The translations under genes were made by a program, and so were the position numbers. The notes under the pieces were generated by a model that saw only the letters and a list, made by a program, of their open reading frames with translations, made no database searches and was not told the origin of the DNA. From the NCBI RefSeq assembly GCF_021869535.1, contig NW_026262723.1, positions 74,276,001-74,340,000 of the forward strand: DNA of 64,000 bases, written 5' to 3'. Positions 53,101-63,300 of the stretch are shown piece by piece; the stretch's first letter is position 1, and each line of letters begins with the position of its first letter. The stretch is from Mytilus californianus. Taxonomy: Eukaryota.

Positions 53101-56100
53101 AAGATGACTAACAACGATCCTCCACCAACCAGTATGACGTGTACCTTTGCTTTTGAATCAGGTAGAGCGGTAGTAAATCGTAATGCCTCCATCAGTTTTA
53201 CTATTCCCCTAACAACTTTACACACATATACAACGGGTGGTGATAAAGATGTCAACGTTACTTGTTCTAACTCTGTTAGCTCAAAATTGTTGACAACACG
53301 TGTGTTTATGCTCTCTAAATTAGAAGGTTTTAAAGTTACAGGTCACAACAAATTATATTTTGATAAATCAACTTCGATGGAACAAACTATTGCTTTCACA
53401 TACACTGTTGGCGAACTAATCACCGCATCTGCAGCAATAATAACCGACACTGTAATTCCACTAAACACTTCATTAGATGACCCTACTAAATTAGGTTCTG
53501 TGGTAGTATCAGCCGAGACATTGAAATCATATCCGTATGGGACGTATAAAATAGCCATTGAACTAAGCAGCAAATCAGGCGAAACACAGCAAAGGGATGT
53601 TGCATTGTTCTATGAAGAGCATATTGCTGGATTTCAGGTAAGAATTAACTATTGACAATTGGTGTTTAAAAGCTAAAATATAAAACTTAGAGAGAAAGGT
53701 AAAGATATCTTCCATGAACATATAATTTGGTAGAAAATTTCAAGAATATTGCAATGGATGAATAAGAGGGTAAAGACAATAATGACAATTACATTATTAA
53801 AACAAAATTGAAAAAAAAAACATATATTTGTGGTAAAACTGAAACGATAGCGTTGATTTTGTGACATGGCGGTAAAAGCTACTTGATAAACAAATATCTG
53901 AAATTGCAATATCCATAAAAAACAAATAAATAATACTCCGGGAAAAAAGGATAATAAAACACTCCACAAAAAAATAAAAATGAGAAATAAGGAACATCCC
54001 TCCTTCAAAAAGTAGGGTGAAATAATAAGGTGCTACGGCTTCAATGGTAAGCAGTTCCTACGAACATGATTAGTGGTAACCACCGAGCTTTCTAAACATG
54101 ACATTTGTACAATAGTCCATGTAATAAAATTCAAATGATTTTTAAGTCCAATTAAATATAAACTACTATTTTTAAGGTCTTCCAAAACGATTCTTTACAC
54201 TTAGTACAGCATAATGTCGAATTTGATGTTGCGTTTTCATCCGGAAGTAGCCCAGAAATTGAACTATTATTTCTAGACACAAATTCAATGGTTGAGTCTT
54301 GGAAAGGAATTGTTAGACATATGACATTTGACTACAGTTTCATAGATCCTTATATGTACAACGTTACCTCAATATCACGGAATCCGTTAAATAATACAGT
54401 ACAAACTAATCTCAAGGTAGAAGTAGTCCGTTCTGTGACAGGATACTCAGTGAAAATGCAGCCTAGTCTTATTGATTCGTATTCGACCATGACCTTCATT
54501 GTAAAATTGGATGACACAAATCGTCGTCCAATGGGAACTGTTCGTCTCTACGTTGACTTTGGAGATGGAAACTCAACTGATATGACAGTGAATGACAAAT
54601 TTCCTCAAATGCTTGATGATGAGGGGTATCAATTCAACCATTTTTACTCAAATCAAGGTTACAAAAATGTAGCAATGAGATTCCAAGCGGAATTGACTAA
54701 ACAGGAGATAAATATAACGGCTAGGATTTGGGACAATATAAACAATGTTATTCTCACCTCTGATTGGGCTGCTGAGGTTGATGAAGTTGTACCATTCAAT
54801 TTTGAAAACGCCTTACGAAGTGGTTTTGAGTATAATATTACATTTGGAGATGGTACTCAGATACATAATGTTCCTAATGTTTTGTATGAAGATTATAATG
54901 AACCCACAAAATATCATAGTTTCAGTTCACCTGGGGTTTATAAAATCGTTTTTCAAGCCTCCAACCTAGAGTACCGAAGAATTATTCGATACAATATTAC
55001 AATACAGTATCCTATTCCTCTACTTCAAATCAATCCTTTGCCGCCTTATATGATTCCTATACCAAACGGTGTGATATCTTTAAGGGTTGGCATGGTGTCA
55101 AACAATCCGTCGCCAACCGATGTGACATGTAACTTCAAATATGAAGATTCACATCCGGGTGTAAACGAAACAGTTCATTTTGAATATGGAACTACAATAA
55201 TGAAAAAGTATGTGTATACAACAGGAGGTGTGAAAAATGTTAACATTACATGCGTCAACTATGTTACTACGAAATCATTATTTACAACAATCGATGCCGA
55301 ACCTGTCACAATTTCAGATTACAAATTTGCGTATCCTGGTATAGTACCAATGAATATGACTCCGGACGCAGGTCAAATACCAGCTATAGCTGATTTTACT
55401 GTTCATCTTTTCCGATGCGTGCGATTCTCTCCCAATGTTACGTTCACTTGGAATTTCGATGACGGAACGCCAGTTGATGTTACAGATGGAAAATATCATA
55501 ATCATTCATATGCCAAAAGAGGTCATTATAATATAACTGTTACGATAAAAGATAGTAATATAGATCTGATAAGAATATTACCCATAAAAATTGGAGCTGT
55601 TGATTTTTATTTACAAAAGTATATCGGAGATGTATCGAACACCGTATTTCAGTACATACTTAAATGGGTAGGAATGTATGGCACATACGATTTAGCTGTC
55701 AGCTCAAAAGAAACAATACACCATACCCAGCTTGATAGCAGTAATGTATTTGAACATAACCATACGTATGACTATTATATAAAACAATACCGACCAAATA
55801 TTATTGCAAAGAACAACAATTTTACAGAAATTTTATATTATGATGATTTTGTCAAAGTTGACTTTAAATTGAATATTTTGATTATTAACGTGACAGAAAG
55901 AACAATTTTACCACCTGGAAACGTAGTTGTGAGGGTTGGTCTAGTAGACGCTAGAAATACACCTTTACCGTTCGTCATATGTCGGTATGACATGGGTGAC
56001 TATATAGATTACAACATTTATGAAAAAACACAGAATATATCATTTGAAAATCCTCTGATATTTCATTATCAATATAAAGTATTAGGAAACCTCACTGCAA

Positions 56101-59100
56101 GAATAGATTGCCAAAATAACTACGACAAATATTCGAAAACAATTGTTGTTGAATCGTATAATGATTGTTACACTGTTAATGGAATTTTTGACAGACAATA
56201 TGCGAATAAAAGTAACCCATTGAAGGTATATACATCGGTTGATTTTGACTTAGCTAGTCGTATGGCCGTATATTGCGTAAACCAGAAAGTCAACTTTGAT
56301 TGGAAAATATACACCCTTGGAGAAAATAATACTAAACATCTGTTTGATTATACGCCTGTAGCGGAACCTAAAGGATCGTTCCGTTTCGCCAAGGGGTCTA
56401 TTCCCGAAAATACATATGTGGTAGGGTTAAATGTTTCACTTCTTGGGAAAACCTGGATTTATGAACTCACATATATACAGTTTGTTAAACCTCCCCCGTA
56501 TGCCTACATAGAAGGAGGAAATGAGAGATACGCCAAGATCAGGGGGAAAACTATCACACTAGATGCTCTGATGTCGTCATATGACGTGGGCATCGGATAT
56601 GGAGGAAATAAAAACCTCGAGTTTGATTGGTCTTGCAAACTGTAAGTATAGACTGTTTAAAAATTTGACCAGCTGTAGTATAACTATTTGTATTACAAGT
56701 AAGCAGATTTTTTTGAATGAGAGAGTGAGTATGTATTAGTTTACATAAGATGATATTTCAAATATAAAAAGACCAATAATTATCTTCCTTAATTTTGAAA
56801 ATTTCCATCGTAAAGTTTCATTTCCTTTCTATCTCAAAGTTGAGTTGAATAACCGACCTTATTTTTTAAGTGAAAGGACTTCGTCTGTTAAGTAAAACGT
56901 GACGTTTAAAAAAGGAGTGTCTAACTTTATTTACAGTTTTTGCAGATAGATGTTGTAACAATCTTCATAGAGTTTTAAGTTGGCAGATCTAGTTTGTGTC
57001 AACGACCTTAAAGATTTTTTCTCGTACTGAACGAGCACGAAACATTTGCCACTGGACTTTAAGCAACCAACAATCAATCAAAGCGTTAGAGATTGTCTAT
57101 TAGGAAAGCGTAAACGCGCCCTCATTCTTGAGTTTTGTCCTTTGTCTGGAACCATGTTTGACATATTCTGATACTATTTCAAAATGATGAATGAACGGTC
57201 ATGTTTTTCTTCTAGCTTCTAGCATTTTAGACAACACGTATTGTAGAAAATTTTAAGATTACGTTTTTGAGGGTGACTTGTTTGGTATAATATTCAAGGT
57301 GCATTTGTTATGTTTCATTCATCCTGCTGTTAATGGCGAGATCGTGTGACACTTGTTCATAGTTTTAAAAAAAATATTGTTAGAAAAAGTTATTGCAAGA
57401 AATATTGTATAAGTAAAAGTGATGATTAAAAAGCTATTCTAGTAAATAGAAAGACTGTACAAAATGACGTATTTATGACGACAAATATTGTCCTGATTAA
57501 TTGTTTCAAGAAATGTGTTGTCCAAAGAGAAATTAACAACATAGCCTTTTTCTGTGTCACTTTCTTAAATGTCCGGATGCATGGAAAGTATGAGATGGAT
57601 ATCTGAATGTGAATAAATTAAATAGGTTATGAGCGATTTCAAACATAACTTGAACACACAATTCAGTTTAAGAAAATGTAATGAATGTTGTTTACTGTGA
57701 ATCTTTTACCAAACGAATTTAGTTTAATTTATGTGTCATATATTGTTACCTATATTATTTTTTTTTAAAACAAAGATTTCTGATTTTTGAAACTGAAGTA
57801 ACATATTGGAAGACAAAGGGAGTATTGATTAAAATATATCTACCGCCATAAATTAAACAGCCTTATATAGGATTATATACAATGAAAGAAAATTTATGTT
57901 TTTTGTCCATTTTTGATAACCGAACAAAATATTGCTTTTCGGGCTTAATATTTTACTAAATTGCCATGTTAGACCAAATAAGCTTTGCACAATAAGAGAT
58001 GAGCTTTAATTCTAATGCCAAAACGCAAACCAAATATTGTCTTGTTAATTAGGACTTTTATTTTGGTTAAAAATGTGTTATCACAAAACATGTTTAACCG
58101 CTGCATTTGTTTGCACCTGTCCTAAGTCAGGAACCTGATGTTCAGTGGTTGTCCTTTGTTGATGTGGTTCATAAGTGTTTCTCGTTTCTCGTTTTTTATA
58201 TAGATTAGACAGTTGGTTTTCCTGTTTGAATGGTTTTACACTAGTCAGTTTTGGGGACCTTTATAGCTTGCTGTTCAGTGTGAACCAAGGCTCCGTGTTG
58301 AAGGCCGTATTTTAACCTATTATGGTTTACTATTACAAATTGTGACTTGGATTGAGAGTTGTCTCATTGGCACTCATACCACATCTTCTTATATCTATTA
58401 ACCCCACCGCATTTTTGCGCTTGTCCCTAGTCAGGAGTATCTGGCCTTTGTTAGTCTTGTATGTTTTTTTTTTAGTTTTTTTTATTTAATTTTGACGCAT
58501 TTATATGTTTCGGAGTTTGGTGTGACGTCCATTTTCGCTGAACTAGTACACAATTTTATTTAGGGGCCAGCTGAAACCCGCCTCCGAGTGCGGAATTTTC
58601 TCGCTGTGTTGAAGACCCATTGATGGTATTGGGCGGGTTGTCTCTTTGACACATTCCCCGTTTCCATTCTCAATTTAATTTTATATATGACAATCATGAC
58701 AAAAGGAGAATCATATAGATGTATGGTTTTCGTTTTATTCAATCAAATGTATGTACTTAAAGTCAAGTTTGGACAAAGATTTTATCGTTGCATCAGAACA
58801 ACTTAAGAAAATATACAATCCAATGAACATTATTATATGAAAATATCACAATTTCGAACCTTTGACCTTTATAGATGCATTCTTTATATCATTTTTAGGA
58901 TAAGTGCTAGAACTATAGAAGAGTTGTCAGACAACTACAAGAGGGGAACCAGTGTGAATGGTGATTGTTTAAATTTTCTTGTAAAGGAATCAGAAGGCGT
59001 TATGGTGTTGAACCTACTGAATGATGATACCCAAGGCTATGCAATAACTGTAGGAGTAACTGTTACAAATTCATTACACCAATCATCAAATAATTTCACA

Positions 59101-62100
59101 CAGTTAATTATAGGGACATCGACAACAGCTCCTGATATATCGCTCATGTAAGTACACAGCTGGTCGTGGGGACATCGACAACAGCTCCTGATATATCGCT
59201 CATGTAAGTACACAGCTGGTTGTGGGGACATCGACAACAGCTCCGGATATATCGCTCATGTAAGTACAACGTTGGTTATATAATGATTTCAACAACAGCT
59301 CCTGTCAAATCTCTTATGTAATTACACGGTTAGTCAAGTGGACATCAACAGCAACTCCTGATATATTGCTCATGTAAGTATACAGTTGATTATGGGGATA
59401 TCGACAACAGCTCCTGATATATCGCTCAAGTAAGTAAACAGCTGTTTGTGGGGACATCGACAACAGCTCCTGATATATCGCTCATGTAAGTACACAGCTG
59501 GTTGTGGGGACATCGACAACAGCTCCTGATATATCGCTCATGTAAGTATACAGCTGGTTGTAGGGACATCGACAACAGCTTCTGATATATCTCTCATGTA
59601 AGTACACAGCTGGTTGTAGGGACATCGACCAAAGCTCCTGACATATCGCTCATGTAAGTACACAGCTGGTTGTAGGGATATCGACAACAGCTCCTGATAT
59701 ATCGCTCATGTAAGTACACAGCTGGTCGTGGGGACATCGACAACAGCTCCTGATATATTGCTCATGTAAGTTCACAGCTGGTTGTGGGGACATCGACAAC
59801 AGCTCCGAAAAAAATCACTCATTTAAGTAAAACGTTGGTTATATGGTGAATTCGACAACAGCTCCTGAAAAATCTCTTGTGTAATTACACGGTTAGTCAA
59901 GTGGACATCAACAGCTACTCCTGATATATCGCTCATGTAAGTATACAGTTGATTATGGGGACATCAACAAAAGCTTCTGACATACCGCTTATGTAATTGT
60001 ACGGCTGGTGATTAGAAAATCTACAAGAACTCCTAATATATTGCTCATATAGGTAAACATAGTTATGCGGATATCGACAACAGCTTCCGGCAAATCGTTC
60101 ACGTAATTACACAACTGGTTATGTGCAAGTATTATCCATATTAAAATAAGAAGATGTGGTATGATTGCCAATGAGAAAAAAGTGAAATTTTTATAAGCAA
60201 TTATAGGTAACCGTACGGTCTTGAATAATGAAAAAAAAACCATACCGTATAGCTAGCTATAAAAAAAACTCCGACATGACAAAATGTGAAATAATTCAGA
60301 GAAAACCAACGGCTCAGTATTTAACAAAACAATCAACGGAAAACAAATACAGACATCGATTAAGGATAACAACTGAATAACAGGCTCTTGACATAGGACA
60401 TGCATAAAAAGAATGACATTGTGAAGGGGTTGAAGATATTTGTGAGCGCTCAATCTTCCCTCTAACCTGGAGTAGTGGTATAACAGCACAAGAAAATAAT
60501 CAATAGAAAATTTAAGTTCTTTAAATTACACGTTATTTCTCGAATTATCAAGCATTAGAAGAGCATTTCATTCGATTGGACCTCTGATAGCACTTACGTA
60601 CATCCCATCCTCAAGATAGTTTTATTTTTTTTTATTTTGAAATGAAACAAAACTAAATAAACCCTTTTAACGTTTGTAATTCAATTGACGTTTTTGTTTT
60701 ATTTAGATGCGATTTGAACTGTGATAAGAAGTATGCTACAATGTCAAAGTCCATCATGGTAGCTGTGTGTCTTGAGTGTGAAAATAATTTGACCAATCTG
60801 GAGTACCATTGGTCACTCAGTTGGTATGATACATCAATTCAACAGTATGTAACAGAAAAGGACTTTGAATCGATGACTGACACAGGTATCTTTAACTTCT
60901 TAAAATATACTGTAAAGACATATATAAAAGAGGACATGAAAAAGACTTAACACTTCACTTATTTAGTTTTCGATGCGCTAAGAGTCGAGAAAACGTTGAA
61001 AAAATATGGTGTCAAACTATATAATATGATATTAACTTTGTCATTCGCAATGGAGTAGATATTCCCAAAGGCACACTGATTTATCCCTTGTTCAATAAAG
61101 ACATAGTGCAAGTCGTTTCTCCGACCTTATATGATTTGGACGTTACATTTTTGTTCAACAATATTTGTCTATATTGAAATGATTGCTTGTTGTTTTTAAA
61201 CGTCCAGTGGCAAATAGTGCATGCATAACCGGGACAAAAACAAATTAAGACGTAACTTAATCGAATGCCCAATTGATTAATGGATTGATGTTTCATGTCC
61301 AGTGATAAATATTTCATGGATATTCACATATTCAGGACAATAATATGGTTATACATGTATACAAAAAGTCATATATTTAACACATGGTGTTGTTTGAACT
61401 CATTCAACATTTTTAATGAAGTTCTTTAATGTATTGTATTAGACTATTAATAAAGTTCAACTGCCATAGTACATAATCAACTGATTAGTTACATAGTAGT
61501 AATGTATAGTTTGACTTTTCTGTAATGTTCTGAGCTCTTATATGTATAACTTATACACATAAAATTGAAAATGGAAATGGGGAATATGTCAAAGAGACAA
61601 CAACCCGACCAAAGAGCAGACAACAGCCGAAGGCCACCAATGGGTCTTCAATGCAGCGAGATGATCCCGCACCCGGAGGTGGTCCTCAGCTGGCCCCTAA
61701 ATAAAATTGTGTATTAGTTCAGTGAGAATGGACGTCACACTAAACTCCAAAACATATATATGAACTAATATTAAAAAACATACAAGACTAACAAAGGCCA
61801 GAGGCTCCTGACTTGGGACAGGCGCAAAAATGCGGCGGGGTTAAACATGTTTTGTGAGATCTCAACCCTCCCCCTATACCTCTAGCCAATGTAGAAAAAA
61901 GAATCATATAGCAATACGCACAGTAAAACTCAGTTTAAAAGAAATCCGAGTCCGATGTCAAAATAGGTAACAAAAGAAACTAAGCAAAATGACAATGATA
62001 CATAAATAAACAAAGGACTACTAGCAGTTACTGACATGCCGGCTCCAAACCTCAATTAAACTGATTGAAAGATTATGTCTTCATCATATGAAAATCAAGT

Positions 62101-63005
62101 ACAATCCCTCCCTTTAGGGGTTTAGTATGTTGGAAATGAAATGTCTTACCCTTGTAAAATAAACTATCATCCTTTAGACTAGTAAAATACATTTTGACTA
62201 CAATTGAAATTTTCAACTGAACCAATTGTAAAAGTCTGGACCATAAATTATAAACGAGTGTTCAAGTGAGTCATACTTTGTCTTTCAATCAATTTACAGA
62301 TATAGCAATATGTGCATTAATTAAGCAATGGAAACCCTAACGATTGCGGTCAATTAAGACATATGCACCCTATTTTCACACTGTTCAGTAGCTGTAATTT
62401 GCTGTACACAATAAATACTCATTCATCTGAGCAATACTGGACTAACTGCAAACAGAATGTTTTTAAACGTAGCTGAATTTACCGAAAGGAAAATATTTGA
62501 AAAATAACTATGTGTCTTTACAGTACTCATATTTTTTTTTAAACTGCAGACATGTATAACGGAATGCTCTAATTGAATGTGCTTGTAAAAGACAAGTGAA
62601 TTAGAAAGATTCATGTTTCAGTATATATACGATTACCTGTATGGTTATGTATGGCCCATACATCGAGTGATTTGGTAATCATGCAGAAATCAATCTAAAC
62701 ATACAAAACTAAAATTCCGCTTTATAAATGTGCAACTTCCTTTTCTTATATAGTTACAATGACGATATTAATCAGTGCTTATTTAGTACCTCTTTGATCA
62801 TTATTGTATTGTATCATGTCTTTTTAAAAAGGTACTAACAGGAAAACTTTAGTTATCTTAGAAAATCAGGTGAAAAAGAATACCAAATATTTGTTGGTGG
62901 TAAAAGTGAACCGCATCGGAGAAAAAGAAGAAAATGGAGGAAGACTAATATTTTTCACTAACATGCCTCCCTACGGCGGATCCTGTAAAGCTTCAAATAG
63001 TTCAG
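26047..63005 (+). CDS. Polycystin-1-like (PKD-domain + REJ) protein gene, 5' portion, about 1630 aa in window; 3' end beyond the window
   Basis: Exons 26047-26110, 27227-27543, 52189-53637, 54177-56641, 58899-59147, 60707-60885 and 62832-63005 join in one open frame with consistent phases (1,0,0,2,2,1,1). PKD-type motifs (VDFGDG, ITFGDG, WNFDDG, IDYGNG) are followed by REJ motifs (TITLDALMSSYD..., DWSC, CDLNC...CLEC...YHWSL, NMPPYGGSC). Confidence 0.85.
26534..26669. repeat. 34-bp tandem repeat x4 in polycystin intron 1
   Basis: GTACTCGCATGTTACTACACATCACTGTCAAGCT and three variants; 136 bp in total. Confidence 0.85.
27227..27543 (+). CDS. Polycystin-like gene exon 2
   Basis: TTTACAG acceptor and CAG|GTGAGT donor. 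The peptide ending MFYEEVITGLQ is homologous to the end of exon 3 (LFYEEHIAGFQ). Confidence 0.8.
28525..29371 (+). mobile_element. Decayed Penelope-like RT fragment, family 2 (3' part)
   Basis: LEFLIDNIFVEFGGRLFQQIVGIP, TNCAPLLANLFLFSYE, FRYID, IYDK.DD and NFPHLSSNIPTSPAYGIYI motifs, ending QIIHDGLEV*. Multiple frameshifts and stops. Confidence 0.85.
29500..29835 (+). repeat. Interspersed repeat family B (pseudo-LTR of RT family 2)
   Basis: Follows RT family 2 here and at 49715-50005. Other copies: 23105-23340, 32410-32760, 39770-40025(-), 41005-41100(-), 33835-34010(-, degenerate). Confidence 0.7.
32335..33245 (+). repeat. Local ~0.9-kb duplicate of 29470-30340
   Basis: Colinear match starting GATAATTGTCCTA, running through family B and about 500 bp of flank, ending AAAAAGTGT(T)..GCTACT..CTATCT. 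Confidence 0.85.
33245..33500 (+). pseudogene. Highly degenerate Penelope-like RT remnant related to family 1
   Basis: Fragments reading VRFG..VYR.VVGI.MG.NCA, RYFDDIFSL and NSNNCPFL align by eye with 46850-47180. Confidence 0.6.
36010..36235 (+). repeat. Degenerate copy of another common interspersed repeat (GAACTGCTTACC...GAGCACCTG...CACCCC type)
   Basis: Related segments occur at about 45600-45780 and, inverted, at about 53880-54100. Confidence 0.5.
38718..38761 (+). ncRNA. Minimal type I hammerhead ribozyme (Penelope-type), probably impaired
   Basis: Stem I GTGTCA (38718-23)/TGACGT (38756-61); CTGATGA (38724-30); stem II GACT/AGAC with one mismatch; GAAA (38744-47); tiny stem III AC-ACGC-GT; GTC triplet with predicted cleavage after C38755. 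Confidence 0.7.
41146..42450 (+). mobile_element. Helentron/HINE (pearl-like) non-autonomous element ends, possibly interrupted
   Basis: 5' TTTATGTCCCCGCC...GGGCAT followed by GTCCGT-type microrepeats. 3' GGGGGCATC followed by the hairpin TGTCCCATGGACACA (about 42405-42435). The interior is not clearly part of one element. Confidence 0.35.
42491..42655. mobile_element. 165-bp imperfect palindromic MITE
   Basis: The left arm GGAATTAC...TTTGACGGTCGCAAATTTCCGTTTTACTGTC is complementary to the right arm GACAGTAAAACTGCATTTGCGAACATCAAA...GTTACTCC. No TSD seen. Confidence 0.65.
43233..43468. mobile_element. Short MITE with ~50-bp imperfect TIRs
   Basis: GGGACGACATCAATGTAGGAATAAAAATAACTTAATT...ATAGTTT versus the reverse complement of AAACTATTTTAATTAAGTTTTTTATCCTACATTAATCTTTGATGTTATCCC. 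Confidence 0.55.
44718..44812. repeat. 19-20-bp tandem repeat x5
   Basis: GACCATCGCACTTCAGCG(AA/T) units. Confidence 0.85.
46578..47673 (+). mobile_element. 5'-truncated Penelope-like retroelement RT, family 1 (probably Naiad-type), frameshifted
   Basis: YDFSTLYT, a long insert, YRQVVGIPMGTNCAPLIANLFLY, FRYLDD, then (after frameshifts near 47118, 47220 and 47400) CPFLDL, NFPFLDGDVP..PSYGVYISQL, ending KLKHN*. No C-terminal GIY-YIG. Family A repeats flank it at 46300-46545 and 48215-48558. Confidence 0.88.
48215..48558 (+). repeat. Family A pseudo-LTR at the 3' end of RT family 1
   Basis: Same sequence family as 5700-6100, directly after the RT 3' UTR and in the same orientation. Confidence 0.75.
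48656..48826 (+). mobile_element. 3' end of a second RT family 2 copy
   Basis: DFVKRHQRLSKKLMNQGYVKERLVPFLKKFIGRYQDLVDKYSVSTSQIIHDGLEV* matches 29200-29371. It is followed by a related 3' UTR and family B at 49715-50005. Confidence 0.85.
49715..50005 (+). repeat. Family B pseudo-LTR
   Basis: Matches 29500-29835; contains the palindrome TAGCGCTA (49833-40). Confidence 0.7.
52189..53637 (+). CDS. Polycystin-like gene exon 3 (PKD-type domains, 483 codons)
   Basis: TTTTACAG acceptor, frame open from TEDITVLL into ORF 52228..53655, CAG|GTAAGA donor. Confidence 0.9.
54177..56641 (+). CDS. Polycystin-like gene exon 4 (PKD-type domains and start of REJ)
   Basis: TTTTTAAG acceptor in phase 0, frame open from VFQNDSLHLVQHNVEF into ORF 54288..56645, CT|GTAAGT donor. 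Confidence 0.9.
58083..58680 (+). repeat. Family A copy (58083-58398) abutting a family C copy (58398-58680)
   Basis: Matches 48320-48558 and the reverse complement of 61560-61850, respectively. Confidence 0.75.
58899..59147 (+). CDS. Polycystin-like gene exon 5 (REJ)
   Basis: TTTTTAG acceptor in phase 2, ISARTIEELSD...GTSTTAPDISL, AT|GTAAGT donor. Its last 50 nt are the source of the adjacent 56-bp array. Confidence 0.82.
59097..60120 (+). repeat. 56-bp minisatellite, 18 units, derived from the exon 5 end plus the GTAAGT donor
   Basis: Unit = ACACAG-N8-(A/G)GGGACATCGACAACAGCTCCTGATATATCGCTCAT-GTAAGT. Donor positions: 59148, 59204, 59260, 59318, 59374, 59430, 59486, 59542, 59598, 59654, 59710, 59766, (59823), 59881, 59937, 59993, (60049), 60103. 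Confidence 0.95.
60140..60495 (-). repeat. Interspersed repeat family D (degenerate pseudo-LTR relative)
   Basis: Shares the AAGAAGATGTGGTATGATTGCCAATGAG end with family A, and carries the structured motif with palindrome TGAGCGCTCA (60443-52). Confidence 0.55.
60707..60885 (+). CDS. Polycystin-like gene exon 6 (REJ)
   Basis: ATTTAG acceptor in phase 2, CDLNCDKKYATMSKSIMVAVCLECENNLTNLEYHWSLSWY..., G|GTATC donor. Confidence 0.82.
61560..61905 (-). repeat. Interspersed repeat family C (pseudo-LTR-like)
   Basis: Matches 63045-63300 and, inverted, 58398-58680. Contains the structured motif. Confidence 0.75.
62832..63005 (+). CDS. Polycystin-like gene exon 7 (REJ)
   Basis: Phase-1 exon GTNRKTLVILENQVKKNTKYLLVVKVNRIGEKEENGGRLIFFTNMPPYGGSCKASNSSG. 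N-x-PP-x-GG-x-C is a REJ hallmark. Not in the ORF track. Confidence 0.8.
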
Positions 63006-63044
63006 GTGTGTATGAATAAGCTATATTTGATTAATGAATAAAAT

Positions 63045-63300
63045 TGAGAATGGAAATGGGGAATGTGTCAAAGAGACAACAACCCGACCACAGAACAGAC
63101 AACAGCAGAAGGCCACCAACAGGTCTTCAATGCAGCGAGAAATTCCCGCACCCGGAGGCGTCCTTCAGCTGGCCCCTAAACAAATATATATACTAGTTCA
63201 GTGATAATGAACGCCATACTAAACTCCAAATTGTACACAAGAAACTAAAATTAAATATAATACAAGACTAACAAAGGCTAGAGGCTCCTGACTTGGGAAC
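63045..63300 (-). repeat. Family C copy, truncated inside the motif
   Basis: Colinear with 61560-61820; stops after CCTGACTTGGGA. Confidence 0.75.

Noticed and set aside
54271-54290. Acceptor TTCTAG at 54276 or ATG 54288 as the start of exon 4
   Set aside because: The phase is incompatible with the exon 3 donor. The frame stays open and domain-like back to a phase-0 acceptor at 54176.
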